A DNA stretch of 63,855 bases, filler included, from Atractiella rhizophila (taxonomy: Eukaryota), in assembly GCA_021432655.1 (NCBI GenBank). It is 3 parts of 3 records of this genome, joined end to end, with 100 filler letters (N's around TTAATTAATTAA, not from the genome) between each part and the next. Parts side by side here need not be neighbours in the genome. Positions count along the whole stretch, not along the records: positions 1 to 23,054 come from MU271805.1; positions 23,155 to 46,145 come from MU271806.1; 1 more part is not named here. One strand, written 5' to 3'. Below the pieces are notes generated by a model, which saw only the letters and a program-made list of their open reading frames with translations, was not told the DNA's origin and did no database searches. Of this stretch, positions 13,604 through 26,662 are shown in pieces; the stretch's first letter is position 1; each line of letters begins with the position of its first letter. The translations under genes were made by a program, and so were the position numbers.

Positions 13604-14758
13604 TCAAGGAAGCTTGAACATATTGCTGGGAGAAGATTTCACCTCCCTCTTCGCCTCCTCATGCATCTCCGTCGCGGTTACAGCGTCTCCTTTGTCTTCG
13701 TAGAGACGTTGAGCGTACTCCAGCTCTTCAAGGGCAGCGTTACTCTTCACTGGGCTGATCACAGCTCGATACCCACCTGAGCAAGGTGCTTTCTTCTCTT
13801 TCCTCGGCGAAGCAATTTCGAGGACTATTCACTCATCTTGAGCATCACGTTTTTAACAAGAGCGTTAGAGCTCACAAATCGCCGTTTCTAACCTCTCCTC
13901 TAGGATTGGTATATCTTTGAGTCCAACCGGTCTGCCTACACATTGAACTTTTGTCAACATGCAACGATTGAGTGGTGCAAACAAGAGGCACCTCTCCAGA
14001 ATACAGTGCTCGTCTTATCCAATATCTTCCTTGCCCGTCTTTGACCCGCTGGTCTCATTCTCAGGATCTCGGATGCCCCGACGCCTCTTTGCTTCCCAAA
14101 CATCATGCTACCGCTCAACACCTTCTCCTCCAACTTAGGGCTTGCTCCCGTGTCCTTCTCCACCGCAACCTTGATCCCATCCCGGATGGACGCGATCCCG
14201 AGCGATTCGTCGCTGGCTTTAACCGATTCGATGAAGACCTCGACAAGAGGATTGTCATCCACAGGTTGGACAAGATTGGTGAATGTGATGGTAAGGGAGG
14301 CTGGGATTGTGGCATGTTCCGTGGAATCGAAAGTAGGCGCTGCTTTGAGTGTGGGAGCAGCCACTCCAAGAGGCGGAAGGGATGGAAGTGCATCTAAAGG
14401 CTTCGGTTGAGCCTTGGAAGGGACAAATCTGAGCTCGTCATCGTCATCTTCATCTTCGCCCTCCCCGTTGTTCTCTTTTCCGGGAAAGCGGTTGTAGAAT
14501 CCTTCAAGGAGATCTCAATTTCTCTAACGGATGTAAGAAGCGAAAGGACACACCGATTTCGTTCACTCCCAAACCATGCTCTTCCAGATAATCGAAGAAG
14601 CTCTCTTCTGACATTCTGGCCTCCTTCGCTTTCGCCCGTTCAAATTCATTGAGGACGCTGGGAAGGAGCGGGAAGGGATAGTCTGATGAGCCTGGCTATC
14701 AGTATTTCATTCTCCTGTCAGAATGAAAGCATACGGATACTGCCAAGAGGTTGGACAT
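13604..14758 (-). CDS. Hypothetical protein, spliced
   Basis: Open frame 13954-14500 with an acidic EDEDDDDE patch, flanking GT-AG introns, and a last exon ending SSPSNMFKLP*. Boundaries approximate. Confidence 0.4.
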
Positions 14759-15086
14759 GGCACTTATATTATTATCGTAAGCAATATAGCTAAACACGTA
14801 AATCGTTACTGGAGCGTAAAGGTCGTAAAAGTAGCAGCAGAGATCCAGATGTTGGCTGTTTACTCCACTTCAACGCGTAAAGAAGGTTCGGAGAATATGG
14901 GAGTGTAAGTCACGTGCTTCTCATCAGCTTTTGGGCTACACGTCTACACGTATTTATTGAAGGGACGAGTTCTTGGGAAGGTCTGGTCTTGGACCAGATA
15001 TATGCTTTGAGGGAGCGAAAATGAGGATTCCATGGGTTCAGTGAAAATACAACGACAACCATCCATTTCATTGCGTTCACTCCCAC

Positions 15087-16388
15087 TCAACCCGTGAGAG
15101 AAGTTGTCTTTCCAGCTGCGAAACTGATCTTAGCCTACACATCAACGCACCACAAGTATCATTAGCATTCACGTTTGAACGAAAGTTAAGAGGAAGGCGA
15201 ACAATTGCATCCTTATCCGTCTCGCACGAGAGGTAGGTTCCAGGTCGGAACTCGAGAGGGAGGGCTTCACATTTGGTGGAGGCGGGACAGGCAGAAGTGA
15301 CCCATTGCTTGTTGATGCACTGTTCGCACATTCCAACCAAATCAGTTCTTCAGCTCTTAGGAGCGGGATGGAAGAGAGAGAAAGCAAGTGACGGGAGGGA
15401 AAACGAACCTGGGCGAAGCCTCCATCCAAGCACGCCACGCTTCCGCTCCTACACTTCTCGTTCGAGTTGATTGCCGCAAACGACTTATTCAGCCTCTGGG
15501 CCTTCCTCACGTTCGACGTTCGCATCTGGGCGAGCAGCTTTCTGAAGAAGTTGGCGATCGCGCTATTCCCGTTCCCATTGCCACCCTTTCCGCCTCCTGA
15601 TCCACCGTTATTGTTTCCTTTCCCAGTGGAGGTAGCAGCAGCGGAAGAAGTCGTCTTCGTCGCGTTGCCTCCACTGGCTTTCGTGGTCGTGGTCGCGGTG
15701 CCGGCTTTGGAGGTGCTCGTTCCCGCCGCAGCTTTGGAAGTGGTTGTGACCGCCGCAGCTTTGGAGGTGTTGGTGGGAGGAGTGGCGATCTTGGTTGGTT
15801 GGCCGGCAGAGGGGGTGGAGGTGCCGATAAGAGTGCGTGGGTTTCCAATGTCTCCTCCGTCGTCTTCACAGTCGGGTAGGTTATCGTCTCCAAATAGTCC
15901 TCCAGTTGCACCGGTGGCTGCAATCCTTCGCTCTGTAACGGCAATGTAGTATATTAGATGTCATCGATGATGCTGAGGAAAGCAGCGAGGACACACCAGC
16001 ATCCTCTTGCGTGTCACATGTAATGCTAGTCCCTGCCTTATTAACCAAGGGAAGAACTTGACAGCTCAATCCACTAGGGCATTGAGTAAGGAGCCATTTT
16101 CCATTGCCGCATTGAGCGAATTTGCCTGTCATCAACCGATGTATTGGCATCATTCGAAAATCAAGGGAAAAGCAGAGAAACCAGCGCACCATCGATACAC
16201 GCCAAGTCTCCGGTGTTGCACGCATCGGAGGCAGAGAGCTCGGCGAAATCCCTGTTCAGTTTCTGGGCTTCTTGTCCATTTGCGAGTGTGAATTCGGCAC
16301 GTCTGAAGTGGCGATGAGAATTGGAAGAGGGGAGGGGGAAGGCGAGGGAGAGGGAGAAGAGAGGAAGAAGGGCGAAGATGGCGATCAT
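15087..16388 (-). CDS. Secreted protein with two Cys-rich CBM19-like modules and a Thr/Gly linker
   Basis: Signal peptide MIAIFALLPLFSLSLA. Module NGQEAQKLN..C..G..ACIDG.FAQC...W.LT.CP....C..LPL....GT...CDT is repeated as NVRKAQRLN..C.SG..ACLDGGFAQ..WVTSACP...CEALPL...GTYLSCET. Confidence 0.75.
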
Positions 16389-17393
16389 GTCGTTTGTTGG
16401 TGTCCTGGTAGTAGGAAAGAATGAAGTGCAGCTGGTGCAGAAAGAATGACAAGCGCTAGGCTTTGGATGGATGGACGGTAGGCGAAGAAAGAAGGTAGAG
16501 TCCACCGGACTGTTAAAGATCGAAATGTCACGAAGGACGATAAAGAAAGACGAAGTTCGCTTTGCGAAGGACGACGACCACCTAAACTTCAAGTGAAGGG
16601 ACAACTGAACTCGAGTTTCGAATCAAAAGGGAAAATCATGAAGCGGACTCTGCCTTTATATTCCAACAAGATAGGTTGTTCAGGCACAGCGTGAAGTGAA
16701 CCCGCCCGAACAGATGGAATGTGGGCTCTCCGAGTCTGCCTCCTCATCACAAGATAGCATGCCGAAAGGAGTTTCATGAATTGTCACCTGGAGACGGCCT
16801 TTCTCCGAGAGCGAACATGAGATGTGCTTTGTCCCCTTCAGACACTTCACGTTGAATGAAATAGACACTAAATTTGACTAATAAGTTGGCCGTCCTGAGT
16901 TTCACGGTGAAGGCTGTGAATAAAAAACATTGGAGAATGTGCAAGCAAGAACAGTCCATCCTGAATTCTTCAGGACACCCACTGCCAAACACGCGTCTCG
17001 GAATCAAAACTAGGAACATGATGGTTCCTGAATGTCTCCTCTCTCCCCCTCTATTCTGATATACGAGAACATATTATCCTTCCCTATCGTGTATGATACC
17101 GCTGAGACAGAAAGACTCTACAAGAAGAAAGGAAATTTAGAGAATCAGGATGAAGTATCACGTGGGGAACATGCTATCTCGGGCCTTCTGCTCACATTGC
17201 CGGGAGGAACCTGAAACGACGACGTGAAGCATTCTTCTCCCTCAGCAGACAACTCCCTCCTTCATTTGTTACATATTTCGTGCGCATAATCTCTACTAGT
17301 TTACTCACGAGTGTCAGTATACTGACTTCCGGTGGCGAGTAAAGGTCACGTCACGAATTCACGCATTCAACTAATTTAGAGGAAGCTGCAAGA

Positions 17394-20300
17394 ATGTCTA
17401 CTGGCAGCATTGTCAACGGCAATGGCTCTTACTCTAGTTCCAATGGGGAAGGAACAGAACACACATTACGTCAGTCTTTCCCTTTTTCTGTCCTCCTGTC
17501 GTTCAAGTTGTGCTCTGGGCAGAAATCATCGACGAGTCTCAACAATTCAGGTCCTCCCTTCCTTCCGTATCATTCTTTCCATCTGAACCTTCTCCGTGAT
17601 GGAACAGCACATCCGTCCCAGACTCTATTAAGCGCTGGGGACTCTATGACGCCGGTTTCGGCTACGACGTCGTTGCTGTGTTTGGGAGTCAGAGCACGGG
17701 GAAGAGTACGTTGTTGAATAGGCTGTTTGGGAGCAAGTTTGCGGTCATGAGCGAGACGGAGAGGAGGCAGACTACTAAAGGTGCGTTTTTATGGCATTTG
17801 TATTTGGGATGTTGGCGCCGCCAAATTGGAGTGGAAGGACGAGAAATATTGACGGTTGTGCAGGTATTTGGATGACCCGTGCGAAGGGGATGAACGTCCT
17901 TGTCATGGACGTAGAAGGAACAGATGGAAGAGAGCGCGGCGAAGACCAAGTCTGTAGCCTTCTATCAATATCCATTCCTTTCAGCCTAACAAGAAGAGCA
18001 GGATTTCGAGCGCAAATCCGCCCTTTTCTCACTCGCCACCTCCGAAGTCCTCATCGTCAACCTTTGGGAACATCAAGTTGGCTTATACCAAGGAGCGAAT
18101 ATGGGACTTTTGAAGACTGTCTTCGAGGTCAATTTGGGGCTCTTTCAAGCTAGTTCGAAGGGATCTTCGTACGCCTCTCCTCCCTCTCCACATTCGATGG
18201 TTCCCGTTTGTTCAATGGAAAAATGGATAGGCAAGGGCGTACTTTACTCCTCTTCGTCATCCGGGACCACGTCGGCTCCACCCCTCTCGCAAACCTGCAG
18301 AACACGCTCACGTCGGACATGGCCAAGATTTGGGAAGGGCTCTCCAAACCTTCGGGATTGGAAAGTGCCAGGTTAGAGGATTACTTCGACCTCGCTTTTT
18401 TCCCCCTTCCACATAAAATCCTCCAGCCGGAGGAATTCGAGAAACAAGTCTTAGTCCTTAGGAAGAGGTTTGAGGATTCGAAAGACCCGGATTTCGTTTT
18501 TAAGCCGGTTTATCATAAACGCATTCCGGCTGACGGAGTCGGAGCATACATGAATGGGATCTGGGTTCGTGTCCTACTATGCTTTCATTTTTTGAATTGA
18601 CGTGATGGGGATGATAGGACCAAGTCGTCTCCAATAAAGATCTAGACCTCCCCACTCAACAAGAACTCCTCGCCCAATTCCGATGCGATGAAATTGCTGC
18701 TGGTGTGTTCGAAGTCTTCGAGGGAGCCGTCAAATCCTTCCGTCGCCCCGTGGAACAAGGCGTGGTGGTTCCAGAGCTAGGAGAGGGTATGGGAAGTGCC
18801 AGGAAGACGGCACTGGATAAATTTGACACCGCCGCATCTAGATATCACCAAGGGGTGTATCACAGGAAGCGTGCAGATCTATTGAGCAAGATCAACGCTT
18901 CGCTCTCGCCCCTGTTCTTGGGTCAGGTCAAGAATTCGCATAAGGCTATAGTCCTCTCTTTCAAGACGAGAATCCTTGAACGCCTCAGAGGAGAGGGGTA
19001 CGATTTCGGAGCGGTTGTGAGAGAGGAGAGGGAGAGGGCGGAAAGTACGTTTGATGAGGAAGGTGGGAAGGTGCTTTTGACAGAGACGGAGTGGAGTTTG
19101 GAGGAGAGCAAGAGTCAACTCTTGGACGAGTTGGAGACGATCGCGGCGGAGTGTAGGGTGGAAGAGACGAAGAAGATGGTCGCGCTCATCGACAGGAACC
19201 TTAAGAAGGACTATGGGGAAAAGGTCGAACTGGCTTTGAACAACCCGGAGAAGGAGATGTGGGATAAGGTCGTTGGAGCTTTCGTTGGTGCTTTGGAGAA
19301 GGCGGAAAATACATATTTGAGGAAAGCGAAGGGTTTGTCTGCCTCTCTCTACTCTAATTTTCCTCTTCCGAATTGTCAATGAGCCTTGCTGAGGAGTTAC
19401 GTTGGGGATGGGACGACAGGATTCAACTCAACGGACGAGGAGAATGAAAGTGCCCTGAAAAACTTGAGGAAGAAAGCGTGGCTGAGTCTGACAGCAAAGA
19501 TTGACGAACAGACGGCTGATACCGTCATGCTTGTTAAATTGAAGATGGCTTTTGAAGAGAGGTTCAGATACGATGATGACGGTGTACCAAGGATTTGGAG
19601 ACCAGAAGATGACATTGATGGACTCTTTAGGAAGGCGAGGGAAGCAGTAAGTCACCTTTGCCTCCGGACGTCGTGCATTTGCACGTGAAATGCTAATGGA
19701 AGCTGACTACGTTGTTTGACCTAGACCCTCTCGTTAATACCTCTTTACTCGAAAATTTCACCCACCAATCCCGAACTCTCCTCGTTCTCCCTTCCGTCCG
19801 AAGCATCCGAAGAGACTGACCTTACGGAACCCGAATTCGACTTCCCGTCCACATTGATCATCTTCACCGAATCTAAACAAGCCGATCTTGCATCGCGCTT
19901 CCGTCGCGAAGCGGACGCTTACTACGTCGAGGCGAAACGAAGTATGGTCTCGAGCATAAGTCAGATTCCTTATTGGATGTATGGCGTCGTTGCTCTGTTG
20001 GGATGGAACGAATTCATCGCCGTCATTCGCTCTCCAGTCTACTTTACTATGCTACTAGTTCTCGGAGCGGCCGCATATGTTACTGTCGCGTTGGGCATGG
20101 TTCGTTCTTACCCCCCTTTTATTCCTTAATTCAGTGATACTGACGCGGGTGGGATCTGGCTTAGGCTGGTCCGGTCCTCGCTCTGGGACGTGGAATCTCG
20201 AGGGAGGTGTTCAGAGTTGGGAATGAGCAGTTGCGCAATTATTATGCTGGGGAATCTGCACCTAGTGCACGGGTTCACGTACGCCTTTCCTTCTGCCTTC

Positions 20301-20434
20301 TAACTTCTACTTTTCCATTTCACCTTGAATCCATGAAGATGCTGATGAGTCATGTCATGGAATAGCCACCATCAAGGCGAACAGAGCAGGAGGATATTCC
20401 GATGCGGGACCTGAAGGAGAAGAAAGATGCCTAA
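17394..20434 (+). CDS. SEY1: Sey1/RHD3 atlastin-like ER-fusion GTPase
   Basis: P-loop [58 protein letters not shown] and C-terminal IPYWMYG..LGWNEF transmembrane hairpin. Confidence 0.97.
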
Positions 20435-20876
20435 GTGAAAGGCAGATGGAGTTGCATTGTAGGATGTAGAGCAGTGGATCTGTTGATCTGGTTCTTTTAC
20501 AGTAATTATTCTTTTCATTTCGTGCCCTTACAGTATTTGTTTCGTAGCATTGTTTCACAAGCCACTGTTGCATCGCTTCGTCGCTCAACATGCAATCGTG
20601 ATATCCTCCCTCCAAATGATGTCAGGCCCAATAACTTGCAGCCTTGTCGTTATGAACTTTTGCTGTGGGAGCTCACAATGACAGTTGATGAAAGGCTGTC
20701 GAGTAGTAACTTACTGGACAAATAAAAGCCAGTCATCCAAAGGATACATGTTCCCTTCGGCAATCATGAAGCTCGTAGACTTGGAGTATCGTCATGTATG
20801 TGAGATAACATTGTATTGATATCATTGATACCGAAGCCATAGAAATCTCTGAAACCACTGAACCGGCTCTTCTCGT

Positions 20877-22649
20877 TCATTTCTTCCTTTGCAATTCATA
20901 TCCTCCTTCCTGAAAAGTGAAACGGAAGTCGTGTGCCACAACCAAAAAATCATTATTCATCGGCTCTTTCCCTGCCCCTGCTTCAATCGTTGCTTGCAAA
21001 TCAGAAAACTGATCTTGAATAGCCGAGAAGCTCGCACTCTGGGCCGTTTCATCATTGTAAAATGTTCGTATAGTCATATCAAGGACAGATTTACTCGCAA
21101 GTCCTGCTGCGCGTCGTCGCCGCAAATATGCAGAAACTTGGAATATCGAGATGTAGCAGTGATGGATCGCTAGCTCAGTGATAAGGGGGCAGTGAAAGGA
21201 TTGGAGAAATTCAGGTGTGATGATGCCTGACCGTTCGTGCAGGCCGTCGAGATGCAACGTGCGAAGGGGACAGAGGTTGAAAAATGTGTCTAGCGGAAGT
21301 TTGAAGACGATGTAACGCGATCGTCGCCGAGGGCGCAAGGAGAACTTAAAGGAATGTAGCCACCACCCATGAAATAGTACTACCTGCAGGATGTCTTGAT
21401 ATTGCAGCCCTTCCAGCCAATTGGAGGACAATTCAAAGATAGTCCATGGCTGTCGCTTGGCGGGAAATTTTACACGATGGCCATGGGGTCTCCCGATATT
21501 AAAGGAATCTTTGATGAAGCCACTCGAACATACTATCATGCTCGACATGCAATGGATTATCTGATGGATGACCTCCCTCGATATAAATGACTCCTCGATT
21601 GTCAGGCGGAGGATTTTTCTTTGGGGTACAGGTTGAAGGCAGAACTGCCGTACCGGGACGAGATCCCAATACAAGAGACCCAGACCCATCAAACTCGTCA
21701 GTGGCTGTTCCAAGAGGAGGCAAAGGTCCTCCGTGTTCCATTTGTTTGGTGCAGGCTCTTCTTCGTCCCAAGATACGATCACAAGAGCTTTAAGATGCTT
21801 CAGAGCCCCCAACTGCAAAAAGAATCTGTTTCTAGATAAATCGCTCGAAGGTTTTGGAAGTTGAAGAAAAACTTGTTGCAAGTCAACTGCTTCATGGAGG
21901 ATAGAATCCACAGTGCTCCAAGTGCCATGTTGAAAATCCTGTGTTTTGGAGTCATCCCTATTCAAGCTGAAGCGCCTGATCCAAGGCACAATACGTTCCC
22001 GAAAGGTCTCATACATGGGAATAATGGGAAAGTTTCCTACCATCTTCCCTGTATACTGACAAATTTTGTGAACGCCAACTTCATCGAACCGTTTGCAGAC
22101 TAACCGAAAACGCTGTATTATTTCCAAATTGACGGCTTCCTCCAATAATTTTGTCAAACAACAGTCAACAAGCTCGCTTGGCAACTGTGAAAACGGATCG
22201 AGCCGCCACGGTTGAACGAACTCAAACTGAAGATTGAAGCGTGTCATAGAGAATTCGCTGAGGTGCATCAAGCTTTGAGATATGAATTCGACGAAGGTGC
22301 CACCCAAATCGATGTTGTTTGAAAATGACAATTCCTCCAAATCCGATTGAGAGTCCTGACTAAATTCTATCTCTCTCATGCCAATATACATCCGCACTTT
22401 CCTTTTCGAGCAGAAAGACACGATGATTTCCAAGACGAAAGTTTCTTTGTCCGAGATATCGAAAACTGATTTGGGTTGTTGATCTATTACCACAGCCTCC
22501 TTTTTGGAAATGTAGACCCTTTTGCCTTCAGCGAACATCTGGTTTTGGACTGCGGTGCTGGCCACTGCATGAGCTGTAAAACCAAACGGTTCTCCTTCCT
22601 TGCGATGCATGACGAGGGAGAGTAGCATGGCAATGCTGAATCTAGCCAA
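20877..22649 (-). CDS. F-box/LRR-like protein (last exon intronless; 5' exons probably to about 22890)
   Basis: 590-aa ORF with F-box FSQLPSELVDCCL...FRLVCKRF and LRR-like C-terminus. Shares LHLDG.HE.S with the 11042 ORF. Confidence 0.7.
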   Translation of the reverse strand: MARFSIAMLLSLVMHRKEGEPFGFTAHAVASTAVQNQMFAEGKRVYISKKEAVVIDQQPKSVFDISDKETFVLEIIVSFCSKRKVRMYIGMREIEFSQDSQSDLEELSFSNNIDLGGTFVEFISQSLMHLSEFSMTRFNLQFEFVQPWRLDPFSQLPSELVDCCLTKLLEEAVNLEIIQRFRLVCKRFDEVGVHKICQYTGKMVGNFPIIPMYETFRERIVPWIRRFSLNRDDSKTQDFQHGTWSTVDSILHEAVDLQQVFLQLPKPSSDLSRNRFFLQLGALKHLKALVIVSWDEEEPAPNKWNTEDLCLLLEQPLTSLMGLGLLYWDLVPVRQFCLQPVPQRKILRLTIEESFISREVIHQIIHCMSSMIVCSSGFIKDSFNIGRPHGHRVKFPAKRQPWTIFELSSNWLEGLQYQDILQVVLFHGWWLHSFKFSLRPRRRSRYIVFKLPLDTFFNLCPLRTLHLDGLHERSGIITPEFLQSFHCPLITELAIHHCYISIFQVSAYLRRRRAAGLASKSVLDMTIRTFYNDETAQSASFSAIQDQFSDLQATIEAGAGKEPMNNDFLVVAHDFRFTFQEGGYELQRKK

Positions 22650-23054
22650 AAGTCAGCGAATCAAGATGAAACAAGTATGACAATGGGATCCCCCGCGGCC
22701 GTTCTTAGCACCAGCCCTGCCAGCGGAGAACAGGAAGGAGCAAAGCTACGGTCCAAACCTCAAAGCTGAGACACTCACACTTGCTCGTTTCACTCAGCCA
22801 AGAATGAGACTCTGAGCAGTTCTCGAGGAGGTCGAGGAGGTGTAGCGCGAAGCCAGAGGCTGTGCTGCTCCCCTTGTCCCCTTGTCATCTGTTTGAGTTT
22901 GGCAATTTGAAATGCGGCATCTTTGCCGAAAAAGGAGGTCGACGAAGACTATTATAGTTCAGCTGGTCGCACAACGGGGAAGAAAGAAAGAGGGGATGAA
23001 TCTCTCAGGGACACTCAATTTTTTCCGTGTGTTTCTCAAACCAAATCTCGTCGT

Positions 23055-23154
23055 NNNNNNNNNNNNNNNNNNNNNNNNNNNNNNNNNNNNNNNNNNNNTT
23101 AATTAATTAANNNNNNNNNNNNNNNNNNNNNNNNNNNNNNNNNNNNNNNNNNNN
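23055..23154. other. Artificial contig linker (N44-TTAATTAATTAA-N44)
   Basis: A six-frame stop linker is embedded in symmetric N runs, 100 nt in total. Confidence 0.95.
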
Positions 23155-23836
23155 CTCCTTTCTTTCCTACATTTGTCCAACTGTGGCTCCGCAGCCCAAG
23201 TGCCACGAGGGTAACCTTGAGCATGCGTTGGACAGAGGGAACCAGACGGGGGGAATTTCAGATCAAAACTAGCCTGATTTCTCTGGCAGAGCAATATCTC
23301 TCTTCTATTCTTCCCAGCAACTGTAGCACATGACATCTTCACAAGACAACGATTTCTTTGCAGCTCTGTTTTACATGTGGAGACAAAGGCAATATTGTGC
23401 TCCTTCGGAGTGTGATAGTGGCATGAGACTGGAGCATGAAGTCTGTACTTATCTTATTCGTACCGTAATCAGGTCATGCCGTTAGAGTGAGAATAATAGC
23501 CCCACCCGCTATCCTTTCTGAGCTGCAACGTGCGTGTTGTGGTGTGTTTTAAACGCTCTTCTAGCCATCTTTGCAGCGCGTGTCACTCAGCTCGTGATAC
23601 CCTTCTTCCTTCGGGGCGATGCATTTCGAGAGCATCGGCATCAGCCAATCTGCTCCCTCAAAATACGGGATCCGAAACCTAAGTCCTTTGTTGACAGACT
23701 TGTGTTTAGCTTTAGCTCTAATATCGAACTCTTTTGAGCGCCTTCGTTTTACTTTTCTGATCTGGTTATCTCTCTGAGCAATTTCCCATCCTGGTACTCA
23801 CAGTTACGACACGACTGGAACTGATTTGTTGCACAG

Positions 23837-24182
23837 GTGAGATTGGTACGACGAGGGCGACGAATACAATGGGACGATGTTACGGTCATCGAGGCTTTTC
23901 TGTGGCGTATGTCGGAGCGATATGAACGTGGCTTAGTTGAAGCCGCGAAGTCGAATCGTCGAGCAATGGATAAGCAGGCTCGGGGGAAAGGGGTTGAAGG
24001 GAAAGGTGCAGGTGGCGCGGGAGGCGATTTTGTTGTCCTGGATGGGGAAGGCGAAGAGGAAATCAACGGCGAATTTCGATGCTATCAAGATATTGAGGCA
24101 CGACTAGGAGAGCCTACGCATTATTGGGCGAGCTTAGACGGCTTTTACCTTGGTTCGTGTAACCTTCGTCGTTTCTCAAATG
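23837..24182 (+). CDS. Partial hypothetical protein exon running toward the gap
   Basis: CAG acceptor then open frame VRLVRRGRRIQWDDVTVIEAFLWRMSERYE. Family not recognised. Confidence 0.4.
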
Positions 24183-24997
24183 NNNNNNNNNNNNNNNNNN
24201 NNNNNNNNNNNNNNNNNNNNNNNNNNNNNNNNNNNNNNNNNNNNNNNNNNNNNNNNNNNNNNNNNNNNNNNNNNNNNNNNNNNNNNNNNNNNNNNNNNNN
24301 NNNNNNNNNNNNNNNNNNNNNNNNNNNNNNNNNNNNNNNNNNNNNNNNNNNNNNNNNNNNNNNNNNNNNNNNNNNNNNNNNNNNNNNNNNNNNNNNNNNN
24401 NNNNNNNNNNNNNNNNNNNNNNNNNNNNNNNNNNNNNNNNNNNNNNNNNNNNNNNNNNNNNNNNNNNNNNNNNNNNNNNNNNNNNNNNNNNNNNNNNNNN
24501 NNNNNNNNNNNNNNNNNNNNNNNNNNNNNNNNNNNNNNNNNNNNNNNNNNNNNNNNNNNNNNNNNNNNNNNNNNNNNNNNNNNNNNNNNNNNNNNNNNNN
24601 NNNNNNNNNNNNNNNNNNNNNNNNNNNNNNNNNNNNNNNNNNNNNNNNNNNNNNNNNNNNNNNNNNNNNNNNNNNNNNNNNNNNNNNNNNNNNNNNNNNN
24701 NNNNNNNNNNNNNNNNNNNNNNNNNNNNNNNNNNNNNNNNNNNNNNNNNNNNNNNNNNNNNNNNNNNNNNNNNNNNNNNNNNNNNNNNNNNNNNNNNNNN
24801 NNNNNNNNNNNNNNNNNNNNNNNNNNNNNNNNNNNNNNNNNNNNNNNNNNNNNNNNNNNNNNNNNNNNNNNNNNNNNNNNNNNNNNNNNNNNNNNNNNNN
24901 NNNNNNNNNNNNNNNNNNNNNNNNNNNNNNNNNNNNNNNNNNNNNNNNNNNNNNNNNNNNNNNNNNNNNNNNNNNNNNNNNNNNNNNNNNNNNNNNN
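24183..24997. other. Scaffold gap (815 N)
   Basis: Run of N. Confidence 0.99.
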
Positions 24998-26119
24998 CTC
25001 ACGAAGATTATCCAACGCGTTCTCACTCCTCACCCTGACTCTCCCTCCGATGATCCTCTCGACCCTTACGCGGGCGGAGCAAGTAGTCGTCTGCGACAGC
25101 CCATTCATCTCCATATCACCATCGCTGAATCGCGTCCACTAAATGAAGGTGTTACACTCGCTCAACGACTTTACACGGTCATCGAGAAAGCAATTGAATA
25201 TGTAAGGATCACCACCTCTTCCGTGTGGGAGAAACTCTGACATTTCTGTTGCAGAACAACAAGCACGCAGAAAGGCACAGGAAACGTCGAGAAGAGTCTC
25301 TCGGCTTCTCACCGCGCTCGATACATGCTTCATCGATGCACGACTTCAATCCAGCTTCTCCTGCTCTTTCTCTGCATCAGAAGATTCGCAACATTCTCAA
25401 CTCTCCCGACGGGTCAATAGGTCCAGGGGCTCGCATACGAAACTCCATGTACAATTTCCCACCTGCCCTTGCTGACCTTCTCGCGAGTGAAGCGAAGCCC
25501 AGCAAGCCTCAGCCGAAAGTTACTCTGGAGATTGTGACCGACGCCGGTATGCCTGGCGTTGTGACGGAGAGTGCATTGAAAGGGCAAAAACCAGTACGTC
25601 ACTCACGTCCTGCGAAACGCTCGGCTGAAGGAATACAGATACTCCTACTTGGAGCGGATAAAATTCTTCCTTCTGGGGATGTCGTGAACAAAACGGGCTC
25701 GTTGACCGTTGCATCGTTTGCAAAAAGCGCTGACGCCCGAGTTTTGGTCATCGCTAGAGGCGACAAAGTGCAATCCGCCAACGATGGAGAAACCTTTGAC
25801 CCTGAATCCAACTCTGGCTCCGAGCTTTGCGCCGCATGGTTTGCGAGCGCTGGCAATACTGCAGCTAGTGACAAGATGAAGATGTTCGTTACGAAAGCAA
25901 TGGAAGGAGAGGTTTTAAAGATCAGTAATAGCTACTTTGAGAAGATCCCGGTACATCCTTTCCCGTTCCTCATCCTCATCACTAGCTCACCTAATTGTAT
26001 TGTAGTCCGACTTCGTTTCTTCCTATGTGACGGAGCTAGGCCCTTTGGACATCGATCAAATCAAGAAGTTGGGGGATGATCGCGCAGCGCTGGAGGACAA
26101 GGTTTGGGGGAAGGATTGA
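24998..26119 (+). CDS. eIF-2B alpha/beta/delta-like (IF-2B family) protein, 3' part
   Basis: Motifs ITIAESRPLNEGVTLA, LLLGADKILPSGDVVNKTGS, NSYFEKIP and YVTELG. Confidence 0.8.
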
Positions 26120-26662
26120 GACTTCCGTTCAAGAGAGCGAAGCATGCTCTAAGTACACGTTGGCCGTCATAGCAATAGTTTCAAGCAGTGCTCAGTTTAC
26201 GCATCCGTTCATCAAAAGCATTTTTCACGTTTTCCCGATTTCTCGACTTGAAATTGAACTAGTAGTCGGATAGGATACCATGGCATCATATCCCCTGTTG
26301 TATTCACTTTTTGACATTCTGAAGTCTGTGATCTTGCTCATTGACACTGTAACCATCGAATGATCTTTTCATCCCCATCTCTACTGTTCCCGCTATGTCT
26401 AAAGTCCATTCAGGTCTGGCACAACAGCAGCAACAATTGTCAACAAGTATGATCTTTCATGAGAAGTAGCCCGTCACTGTTATCGTAAGTTAGTAGCATT
26501 CTTCATAAACCCAACATCCCAAAACCATGCGAAACCTGAATGCCACAAAACCGCCAAACTCTTGCGAAACGAACAAATCGAACAAAGTGCCATCTAAGAA
26601 TGCGTTACTCAATGATTGCGAGAACACAAGGGACGCACGTCTAATAAAAATCGGATCCTCTA

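Noticed and set aside
23055..23154. TTAATTAATTAA palindrome as a biological site, and gene neighbourhoods across it
   Set aside because: It is an artificial six-frame stop linker. Adjacency across this linker and 46146-46245 is not evidence of linkage.
23837..25240. Long ORFs spanning the 815-N gap
   Set aside because: They are open only because N codons do not produce stops.
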